64,000 bases of DNA from a virus: IMG/VR virus record IMGVR_UViG_3300032087_005129, one strand, 5' to 3'. The notes beneath the pieces are model-generated. The model had not been told where the DNA came from and searched no databases. It saw only the letters and a program-made list of their open reading frames with translations. The position numbers and the translations under genes are program-made. Positions within the stretch are counted from its first letter, which is position 1. Each line of letters starts with the position of its first letter. Of the stretch, positions 9,515 to 17,553 are shown piece by piece.

Positions 9515-12199
9515 TTATTTTTTTACGAAGTCTGATCTTTTCTTTGGTGGTCGACCTTTGATCTCATAGCCTCTGAGCAATTTTAACTCTATTTTTGCTT
9601 GTGTTGAAGCATGTGGAATGTCAGCCAAAGCAATAACTATCAAGTCGTTGTTAGAGTAGTTACTGATATAGCGAAGCATTTGCTTTACTGCACCAGGCAA
9701 ATCTTCTTTGTCACCTCTAAAGCCACCCTTGTAACTTTCATTGCCATACGCTTTACTTAGTTTCTTAATGTCTTTGTCGGTGTACAAATCTTTTTTGCTG
9801 TAGTGATCACTTTCATTGATGCTTTCATCCTGCGCACGTCTTACAGCATCCTCATGATCCCGGCGAATTTTTTCGTAATCTACATCAAAGAAATTCTTTG
9901 GAATTTTAATTGGTTTACGGTCTTCATCAGCAATATCTCGTATAAACTTTGCTTTTTTGTGTGCTTGTCTGGCCGTTTTTTCAATTTCTGGAGTTGCCTC
10001 GATTCTACGAAATTTACCACCAACATTTTTCAACACAGTTCCTAATAGTTCAATATGTTTGAGTGAAACTCCACGAACAGGCTTGTATTTAAAGGACACT
10101 TTTCTTCGTTGTATTGTGTAGTCTTTTTCTGACCTTACAATACCATAATCTTTAAGAAAATTAGCATATCTTTTTGGGTTATGCCAAGTATCTAACTCAA
10201 CTACAAAGGTGCTTGCTTTTTGCTCATTGATGCCCATGCTTTCCATGATATCATCAACATCAAGATACATGTCGGTTTGTGGATCGTAATACTTACCAGC
10301 CTTTCTATCATAGTAATAAATCAGACCCGTTTTCTTGGTGCGATACGGTCCTTCAAGACCTTCTCTTTCACGATTTGGGAAACGCTCGCGGTCGATAGGT
10401 GATACACGATTCTTGTTCTTGTATCTTCTATAGTGATCTCTTGCAGACATCTCATCAATTTGTAGGTCCTCATGCAATTCACCTTTGTATTGCTTTGCCA
10501 ACCTTTCAATATCGTTTCTCTCGTAGTCGTTTGGGTGCATGATGACTTGAACAATTTCTTCAGGACTTCTATCCCCGTCATATCGGTCTACTTCACTTGC
10601 GAGTTTATCTCGCATGATTCGTCGCATGAAGGCACCGGCTTTCATTGGGTTTTTAAATTTAAATTCTATTGTGCTGCCTTCATCAAGTTGCACAGACTCA
10701 CTGAATTCAGAAAATGAAACCTCGCTCACAGCCGAGATGCCGAATCGTCGTATCTCTGAACTAAACACTGCACCAGCAAACAACTTGTTTGCTATTTGAT
10801 GTGCTTTTTGATTATTCTTAAAGGAAACATAATAGGTATCTTCGACAGGTCCTTTTTGATTTCCAGCAACAAAGTGGAATTTTATGCCTGCTTTTTTAAG
10901 TTCTCGTTCGAACTCTTTTCGTTTTTTGGCATAATGTGCTTTGTCTTGTTTACTGGCATACTTGCCTGTCTTCATAAACTTATCATTGAACTCAACAATA
11001 TTAGCCTGCTCAAGTTTCATTACCTTATTCATCGCCTTAAGCAAATCTTTAGGTTTGAATTTATGAACGTTGTCTGCTCTTGCTTCGTAGTCACCATAGC
11101 CACTGAGGTTCATGTCATTCAGAACACCTGCAATCTCTTGCTTGGCTTTCTTGTTTAACCCCTTGATCATGCCTTGTATGTCACGGGCTGCTAGTCCTTC
11201 AAATTGAATTGGGGGACCACCAGGATTAACAAGTCCAGGTGCTGGTCTTCGACGACCAATTTCTCGACGGCCAGGACGATATTTTCCTGTTTTTTGTTTC
11301 TGAGCAACTTGAGGTAAAAATGGAAGAGTTGGATTTGTAAGACCTCCACCAAGAGGTCCTTGCTCATCAACATGCACAGATTCTCGATAAAAATCAGGAA
11401 CATTATTTTTTTTGAGAACCTGACCAACTTTTGCACCAGGAAGATTATCAACCATCTGACCAGGCTGCACTAATTTACGGGCTTGTTTTTCTGACAAACC
11501 AACACGAATGATGCTGCCGTATCTATCTACGATTGCAAAACTTTTCTTTCCATAGTAAGCAGAACTATTTTTTGGTGGGTTGTAAACTTTTGATTCATCA
11601 AGTTTCTTAGAACCTTCATAGATGGTATCGACCAATTTCAAGCCGTGCTTCTTGAGCAACTTCTCGAACCTCGGCCAATTTCCTCTTTCCTTACGAAATG
11701 TGAACACAGCCTTTTTCTTCCGAGATTGAAATACTATGTTATGAAGGCCAAGAAAACCTGGTAGTTTCTTAAGTTTGGGATCACGAGTAATACTCTCATA
11801 TGAGTTTTGATCAGCGTCTACAACAAACTTGACAGTCACATTATTTTCGTCAATCTGAACACCTTCTTTGATTGCGATGAGTTTAGCAGTTTTGCCACCG
11901 CCCAAGTCTTGTGTGTCACCAAGTTTCTTGATCTTTGGCCCCATCATCATATCAGCCACGGGGTGAACTTGAAAACCAAGTTCTCTACCACCATCAATAA
12001 AGTAAAAACCATCACCTGGTTTGGCGTGCTTATCGAAGTTTTTTAACATTTTTTTGTATTGTTTTTCAAAGCCAAACTTTTTGAGTTTTGCTAAAAAGAC
12101 TCTTGAGTCCATGTCGAAATCTTTGAACGCGGTTTTCACGGTTTCGTCGATGTGGTGATTTTTGCTTTCATTGAGTGTTTGTTTCATCTTCCAATGCAT
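9515..12199 (-). CDS. Multi-module putative polyprotein (head-packaged cargo)
   Basis: 894 aa; about nine repeats of a phi-x-E-x2-4-(I/L/V)-x-E linker between unrelated basic modules. Confidence 0.8.
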   Translation of the reverse strand: MHWKMKQTLNESKNHHIDETVKTAFKDFDMDSRVFLAKLKKFGFEKQYKKMLKNFDKHAKPGDGFYFIDGGRELGFQVHPVADMMMGPKIKKLGDTQDLGGGKTAKLIAIKEGVQIDENNVTVKFVVDADQNSYESITRDPKLKKLPGFLGLHNIVFQSRKKKAVFTFRKERGNWPRFEKLLKKHGLKLVDTIYEGSKKLDESKVYNPPKNSSAYYGKKSFAIVDRYGSIIRVGLSEKQARKLVQPGQMVDNLPGAKVGQVLKKNNVPDFYRESVHVDEQGPLGGGLTNPTLPFLPQVAQKQKTGKYRPGRREIGRRRPAPGLVNPGGPPIQFEGLAARDIQGMIKGLNKKAKQEIAGVLNDMNLSGYGDYEARADNVHKFKPKDLLKAMNKVMKLEQANIVEFNDKFMKTGKYASKQDKAHYAKKRKEFERELKKAGIKFHFVAGNQKGPVEDTYYVSFKNNQKAHQIANKLFAGAVFSSEIRRFGISAVSEVSFSEFSESVQLDEGSTIEFKFKNPMKAGAFMRRIMRDKLASEVDRYDGDRSPEEIVQVIMHPNDYERNDIERLAKQYKGELHEDLQIDEMSARDHYRRYKNKNRVSPIDRERFPNREREGLEGPYRTKKTGLIYYYDRKAGKYYDPQTDMYLDVDDIMESMGINEQKASTFVVELDTWHNPKRYANFLKDYGIVRSEKDYTIQRRKVSFKYKPVRGVSLKHIELLGTVLKNVGGKFRRIEATPEIEKTARQAHKKAKFIRDIADEDRKPIKIPKNFFDVDYEKIRRDHEDAVRRAQDESINESDHYSKKDLYTDKDIKKLSKAYGNESYKGGFRGDKEDLPGAVKQMLRYISNYSNNDLIVIALADIPHASTQAKIELKLLRGYEIKGRPPKKRSDFVKK

Positions 12200-12229
12200 T
12201 GTTGATTCCTTGTTGTAAGCACTTAGAAC

Positions 12230-12237
12230 TATTTATT
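12230..12237 (-). promoter_or_regulatory. Late promoter AATAAATA (leftward)
   Basis: TAAATA core upstream of the 894-aa ORF. Confidence 0.65.
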
Positions 12238-12252
12238 CAAACGCCAAAATCG

Positions 12253-12260
12253 AATAAATA
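12253..12260 (+). promoter_or_regulatory. Late promoter AATAAATA (rightward)
   Basis: TAAATA core upstream of 12345. Confidence 0.65.
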
Positions 12261-12344
12261 CTAGTAATCACAATCGTAAAATTGCTCAACAATTACTTGA
12301 CACACATCACTCAGATAGTAGATTGAGTCTAACGGAGATCTAAA

Positions 12345-12707
12345 ATGCATTATCTACAGAAACAACTTCTTGAAGAAGAGAAGAAAAAAGCCAAACTGAA
12401 TGCTGGTCATTGCAAGACCGAAGGAAAGAAAAAGACTAAACTGAATGCTGGTCATTGCAAGACTGAATCTGAAAAACTTGATGAGCAAAAAGGTCAAAAG
12501 TTTAACTTTGCAAGAGCAAGAAAAGTGTTCGAGAAGCACTGGCGCGAAATGGAAAGAAAAGTTGTCAATGAACTTGTTCAACCATACGAGGGTCGAGGTC
12601 CTGTGAATTATGATCTCAAAGCCGAACGTCAAGTCTCTGACTACTTTGAAACCAACACAGAAGATCTTCTTGATTACATCACAGAGAGATTCGAAGACCT
12701 CAACTAA
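12345..12707 (+). CDS. Hypothetical protein with a duplicated KKKxKLNAGHCKTE motif
   Basis: ORF with GGAG RBS; tandem 15-aa repeat; KLDEQ site. Confidence 0.75.
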   Translation: MHYLQKQLLEEEKKKAKLNAGHCKTEGKKKTKLNAGHCKTESEKLDEQKGQKFNFARARKVFEKHWREMERKVVNELVQPYEGRGPVNYDLKAERQVSDYFETNTEDLLDYITERFEDLN

Positions 12708-12723
12708 CTAGGGGATAGCATAC

Positions 12724-13005
12724 ATGAACTTTAAAGATAAACTACAAGAAGCATTCGAAGCAGGCTATCTTCAAGGTCTGAGCGAGTCTACTACTATTGA
12801 CACCTCATCATATCGCAGAAGTCACGGTAAGTCACCAAATCCAAATGAGTCAGGTGGCTGGTCTTTTGGCACGAAACCTTTCAGTCGATCTGATGATGAG
12901 ATTGTGTATGAATCGCCCAACAAGATGCCATATAAAGAGGCGAAAAAAGAAGCAGAAAAGATTGCAAAGAAAAAAGGTCTGAAAAAGATCTACGTTCAAT
13001 CGTAA
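12724..13005 (+). CDS. Small protein with MNFKDKLQEAFEAGY leader
   Basis: Leader shared with 13015 and 43575(-). Confidence 0.8.
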   Translation: MNFKDKLQEAFEAGYLQGLSESTTIDTSSYRRSHGKSPNPNESGGWSFGTKPFSRSDDEIVYESPNKMPYKEAKKEAEKIAKKKGLKKIYVQS

Positions 13006-13014
13006 GGAACAAAA

Positions 13015-13404
13015 ATGAACTTTGAAGACAGACTACAAGAAGCATTTAAAGAGGGCTATCGTCAGGCTATCAACGAGCAAAAGAAACCTCTTGGTCCGAG
13101 GAGGCCTGGTGCTTTACTCAAAAAGGCTTATAATCCCAGAAAGTATTTCACTGCACATGTCGAAAAAGAATTAGTTAGTGTGTATAAAAAACTCATGGCT
13201 CGCCTAAAAAGTGATTATGAAAAGAAAGCGTTTGAACAAACTTTTCCTTTTGAACTTGCTGATGAAATAAAGGAAAGAGTCGAGAATCTTTTCGATGGTT
13301 CTTCTATGAGAGATGAACTGATTGATATGTATCGCAATGACTTCAAGAAAAGGGATAGACTCAAGGATTATGACAATAGGGTAAGACATGGATTTCGTAG
13401 GTAA
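13015..13404 (+). CDS. Small protein with MNFEDRLQEAFKEGY leader
   Basis: Leader family; AINEQ site; AAGGA RBS. Confidence 0.8.
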   Translation: MNFEDRLQEAFKEGYRQAINEQKKPLGPRRPGALLKKAYNPRKYFTAHVEKELVSVYKKLMARLKSDYEKKAFEQTFPFELADEIKERVENLFDGSSMRDELIDMYRNDFKKRDRLKDYDNRVRHGFRR

Positions 13405-13413
13405 GGAACAAAA

Positions 13414-13764
13414 ATGAAAAATCTAGAATCATCAATTCAAAATATTCTCAATGAAGAGTACATTGAAGAAAACATCGACAAAGTAAAAGATCTCTATGAC
13501 AATCGAAACATTGTTTCTACACTTAAAGAGGGTGATAGTATCTTTGTTGGTTTTGAATACATCAAACACGATGGATCATCAGAAACAAAGGGGAAGATTT
13601 TTATTGTAGATCAAGTCGAGACATTAAGGAATGGCATAATTAGGGTTTTTCTTGATCATCGAACTTCTGACGATTACGTTCTATTCCTTGATAAAAAAGG
13701 CATGTTGGTTTTTCGGAATCCAAATGGTATGAGATTAGTAGTAAGTAGTATTTCAAAGAAATGA
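13414..13764 (+). CDS. Small protein with MKNLESSIQNILNEE leader
   Basis: Leader similar to 13761; AAGGA RBS. Confidence 0.75.
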   Translation: MKNLESSIQNILNEEYIEENIDKVKDLYDNRNIVSTLKEGDSIFVGFEYIKHDGSSETKGKIFIVDQVETLRNGIIRVFLDHRTSDDYVLFLDKKGMLVFRNPNGMRLVVSSISKK

Positions 13765-14699
13765 AAAGACTTGAATCAACAATCCGTGGCTTGATCAACG
13801 AAGAGACCATTACAGAAGGTGGTCATCACGACGTTATATCTGCCAAGAATCAAATTAAAATTGCTCGTGATGCATTAGACAAGATGGAAAGAGGACTGTC
13901 AGGGCTTGACGATGAAGGCTCACTACCTTCATGGTGGACAAACAAAGTCGCAATTGCTGTTGACAAACTTGATGGCATGGCAGATTATCTTTCAACACAG
14001 ATCAAAGAAGAAACTATCTCAGAAGCAAAGCGTGGCCGAATCAACGCAGAGTACATATTTCCTCTTCGAACGAAGGCTGCCGTAAAGAGTTTCATTCGAG
14101 ATATTGATGCTGTTGCTGATCGTGTTCGAAATCAAATGCCAGACAAAAGAATCGTAAAGGCTCTTATGATCTATAGAGATTCGAGCAGCACAACGAATAA
14201 TGAATTTAACCCGCCAAACGATAAAGAATATTTCGTGACTGTTCTTGTGACAAGCAAAACTCTTGAACTTGATGAACTCAAAGAGGTTGATCGTTACTTC
14301 AAAGAATTCAAGAAGGGCCTTCTCAAAGCAGCCAAAAGTGATAATCGTATCATTGTAACTGCCAAAGTCAAAAAGAAACTTGGCGAAGCAGCCATTAATG
14401 AAAACCTTCAGAGCATGGACAATGACAAAGCAAAAGACATCTATGACAAACTTCGAAAAGGTAGTATCGTAGAAGTCAAGATCGGTAATGCTATTGCAAG
14501 CCAATTAAAGCCAATTCGCCTTGTAGTTACTAGTGGTCATCGTATTGTAGGTAAGTCAAAAGTAGGACGTATTATTCTCGTAGATGAAAAGAATCCACGT
14601 GGCATGAAATACAAACTATTTGATCGAGATGGTACAATTCGCCTTGCTCAAAGTGATATGGCAACCATTCTCAAAGACATGAAGATAGTCAAGAAGTAA
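13761..14699 (+). CDS. Three-module putative polyprotein
   Basis: Linkers LINEETITE, IKEETISE, LGEAAINE. Confidence 0.75.
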   Translation: MKRLESTIRGLINEETITEGGHHDVISAKNQIKIARDALDKMERGLSGLDDEGSLPSWWTNKVAIAVDKLDGMADYLSTQIKEETISEAKRGRINAEYIFPLRTKAAVKSFIRDIDAVADRVRNQMPDKRIVKALMIYRDSSSTTNNEFNPPNDKEYFVTVLVTSKTLELDELKEVDRYFKEFKKGLLKAAKSDNRIIVTAKVKKKLGEAAINENLQSMDNDKAKDIYDKLRKGSIVEVKIGNAIASQLKPIRLVVTSGHRIVGKSKVGRIILVDEKNPRGMKYKLFDRDGTIRLAQSDMATILKDMKIVKK

Positions 14700-14723
14700 G
14701 ACAAAACATAGAGCCGAATGAGA

Positions 14724-14755
14724 GAGAACCTCCTAGTGTATAGGGGGTTCTTTTT
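14724..14755 (+). terminator. Intrinsic terminator
   Basis: GAGAACCTCCTA-loop-TAGGGGGTTCTT followed by a T-tract. Confidence 0.75.
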
Positions 14756-14933
14756 GATTGGGATAGAGTATGAAATAGAGAGAGAAATAGAGCAAAACCC
14801 TTTTTAAAAGGCCAATAAAAATGATTTCCGTATCCTATCAGGGTAAATGGGTTGTGTGATAGGAAGTTGGCGAGATACTCTTGTTGACTGAACCAGCAGG
14901 GTGTTTCGCGGAACATTTCGCGGCCCGCAGACC

Positions 14934-14968
14934 AAAAAAAACCGAGCGAGCCATTATGGCCCGCCCGG
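14934..14968 (-). terminator. Intrinsic terminator of the vWA gene
   Basis: Minus-strand RNA CCGGGCGGGCCA-UAA-UGGCUCGCUCGG-U8. Confidence 0.75.
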
Positions 14969-14994
14969 CGTACCGAGTGATTCTCAGTTTGGTT

Positions 14995-17331
14995 TTAGGA
15001 AGCAACCGCCGCAATGAATTGATTGGCGAACACGCGGGCAGCCTTGCCGCCACCCAGTTGCTTCTTGAAGGCATTCTTGACTGACTTCAAGCCAGCATTC
15101 TCTTTCAGCCCTTCGAGAGCCTCAGAGTTGTCTTCAATACTGATGTTCTTGGATTCGATTGTGAAGTGAACATCGAAATTCTTGTGATTGTCACGCTTGA
15201 TGAAGCCAGTCTCGGAGAAGTTTTTCAACTGCTCTTCGGACAGGCCCATGCGTTGGAGCCACCACTCACTCGTTTCGCCTTCAGCAGCCTCCTTCATCGC
15301 CTTTTTCAATTGACTCTGGCTGCGGAAGTTGCTGGCGAGATGAATGCCGATCAGATTAGCGCCAGTACGATCACGAATGACTTCGAGCAATGCTTCATCG
15401 CCGTGATTGAACCACTTACGACCTTGAGCCGCATAAGAACTCAATGGGTACAAGTTGCCAGTCACGGGATCACGCAATACGACCTTCTTCGATTGGCCGT
15501 TTTCATCCCAACGAACATAACTCTCATTGCGAATCACTTTCGTTCCGTCGCCGTCAGTCAGAAACAGGACGTTGGTGACTTGCACGCCAGTCTGCTTTTG
15601 AAACTGAGGAACGAGATGAGCGGCCGAAAGCATCGCCTCTTGAAGTGGCGTGCCAGTCAGACCGATCCAGCGAGGTGGGTGACAATCAGAGTAGTGCAAA
15701 CGATTCTTGGCATTGCCGCAATAGTAGTCACGAATGGTCAACAGGTTGCGCCAGCATTGACGCCACTTCGCACCCTTCAAGGATGTCGAAGCAAACTGCC
15801 AAAGTTGAAATTGATTGTTGAATTCATTGCCAGCAAACTTCGATGACCAAAGTTGACGATTGTTTTCATCATCTTCGGGACGGAACGGGTTGCCGTAATA
15901 GCCAGGATCAGCGAAGGCGTAAACTTCACAAGGCAAGCCAGCCTTCTTGCAGAAGGCAATCATATTCAGCAATTGGTCGAGAGTGTCACACATGTAATCA
16001 CTCATCGAGCCTGACCAGTCAAGGAAGAAAACGAAGCCGTGATTCTTGCCATCAGCAACCGTAGTGCGAGACAGGAAGATATTGTCATTGAACTTGTACT
16101 CGTGAAGACGATTCATGTTCAACATGCCAGTGCGAGACTCAGAAGTACGACGATGTTCATCGGCAGCCTTCTTCAATTCGAACTCTTTGACCATTGACAT
16201 GACCAAGGACTTGTTTCGTTTGTCCCAAGCCTTTTCACGCTCTTCTTGGCGATCATCAACAATGTGTTGAGTCAGTGTCTCATGCAACTTGCCAGCAGGA
16301 AGCACAATCTCAGACAGATCAGGAGTTGGCAGATCAAAAGTGCCGACTTGCATAGAGCCGTTCTCTTGTGAAGCCTGCTCAGACTTCGAACGCATTGCCT
16401 GATCGAAGTTTTCTTGAGACCAGCCAGGATCGCCCTTGCCGCCTTCGCCGTCAGCAGAGCCAGTGCTTTCAGTTGACTCGCCTTCATCGCTCTCGGCATT
16501 AGAGCCATCGTCGTTTGAATCTTCGCCTTCGAGAGAAGCATCGCCTTTGCTGTCGCCAGCATCGCCGTCGCTATCGCCTTCAGACTCAGAATCGCCAGAC
16601 TCAGAACTTTCTTGACCAGACTCAGAACCTTCTTGAGAAGAAGACTCACCAGTTTCGCCAGCCATGTCGCCAGCATCGGGGTTGTCACCACTCTCGACAT
16701 CAGAACTTACTTCTGGTTGCTTCTGGTCTTGGTTGCTCTTGGTGTATTCGAACAATTCTTGAGCCAGGGCTTCAACATCAGCCCAGGTATTCAATGAATC
16801 AAACTTCGAAAGCCAGACTTTTTCATCATCAGAGAACTGAACACCCGATTGGGTGCCAGCCTTGAAATGAATATTCAGTCGGTCGAGCAAATGGGCCCCG
16901 TCAGGTGACAGGTCCTTGTCAGAAGCACCGAAGAAGTCTTCCGCCCACAAGTGGCGATACCCATGCACGAATGAACGGCGAAGACCAGGATACTGTTTTT
17001 GAATCATTCGCTCGATCCGAACATCTTCAACAATGTTCAGACAAGTATGAGCCAATTTTTTGTCAGACGAGACTCCTTTAGAGACTCGCTTGACACCCTC
17101 AGACCAATCGTTGCTGTCGGTGTTGAGGGCATGAGAAACCTCGTGAGCAACGAATAGGTCGTAAACTTCGGAGGTCATGCCTTTCAACACTGGCAGAATC
17201 AACTCTCGATTCTCAAGGTCAAAAGCAGCAGTCTGGGCAGCCGAATCGTGCGTGACCTGAAGGTTCTCGCCAGCGAGAAGGCGGGCGAGCAGGTCTTTCG
17301 CAGTAGTGTTAGGGACTCGGGTACTCATCAC
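14995..17331 (-). CDS. CobT-like vWA-domain protein with N-terminal HExxH domain and acidic linker (MoxR partner)
   Basis: AHEVSHAL, NIVEDVRIE, MIDAS FLDWSGSM, TGTPL, FLTDGDG. Confidence 0.85.
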   Translation of the reverse strand: MMSTRVPNTTAKDLLARLLAGENLQVTHDSAAQTAAFDLENRELILPVLKGMTSEVYDLFVAHEVSHALNTDSNDWSEGVKRVSKGVSSDKKLAHTCLNIVEDVRIERMIQKQYPGLRRSFVHGYRHLWAEDFFGASDKDLSPDGAHLLDRLNIHFKAGTQSGVQFSDDEKVWLSKFDSLNTWADVEALAQELFEYTKSNQDQKQPEVSSDVESGDNPDAGDMAGETGESSSQEGSESGQESSESGDSESEGDSDGDAGDSKGDASLEGEDSNDDGSNAESDEGESTESTGSADGEGGKGDPGWSQENFDQAMRSKSEQASQENGSMQVGTFDLPTPDLSEIVLPAGKLHETLTQHIVDDRQEEREKAWDKRNKSLVMSMVKEFELKKAADEHRRTSESRTGMLNMNRLHEYKFNDNIFLSRTTVADGKNHGFVFFLDWSGSMSDYMCDTLDQLLNMIAFCKKAGLPCEVYAFADPGYYGNPFRPEDDENNRQLWSSKFAGNEFNNQFQLWQFASTSLKGAKWRQCWRNLLTIRDYYCGNAKNRLHYSDCHPPRWIGLTGTPLQEAMLSAAHLVPQFQKQTGVQVTNVLFLTDGDGTKVIRNESYVRWDENGQSKKVVLRDPVTGNLYPLSSYAAQGRKWFNHGDEALLEVIRDRTGANLIGIHLASNFRSQSQLKKAMKEAAEGETSEWWLQRMGLSEEQLKNFSETGFIKRDNHKNFDVHFTIESKNISIEDNSEALEGLKENAGLKSVKNAFKKQLGGGKAARVFANQFIAAVAS

Positions 17332-17335
17332 CTAG

Positions 17336-17363
17336 ATAATACATTCCCTGGCGGGTGTGTCAA
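17336..17363 (-). promoter_or_regulatory. Sigma70-type early promoter TTGACA-N16-TATTAT
   Basis: Near-consensus boxes immediately before the start codon. Confidence 0.7.
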
Positions 17364-17402
17364 GTCAATACACTAAAAAAGAACGATTTTTGCTGGGGTT
17401 CT

Positions 17403-17421
17403 ATTGAGAATGAGTCTCAAT
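17403..17421. promoter_or_regulatory. Palindromic operator, Fur-box-like
   Basis: ATTGAGAAT-G-AGTCTCAAT (9-1-9, one mismatch) between divergent promoters. Confidence 0.45.
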
Positions 17422-17469
17422 CTCAATTACGGAATATACGGAATATTGACATTTTTTTGAGATATTGAT

Positions 17470-17497
17470 TTGACAGACTAGTGGCATACTGTATAAT
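17470..17497 (+). promoter_or_regulatory. Sigma70-type early promoter TTGACA-N16-TATAAT
   Basis: Perfect -35 and -10 boxes. Confidence 0.8.
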
Positions 17498-17553
17498 CCA
17501 CTTGTGTCGGGGGCGATTGTCGCCCGTGACGTTTCCGTGTCTGAAAAAAAGGA

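Noticed and set aside
15166-16865. Plus-strand ORFs of 60-226 aa opposite the vWA gene
   Set aside because: Antisense shadows in GC-richer sequence; no RBS or motifs. The same applies to most short overlapping ORFs in the track
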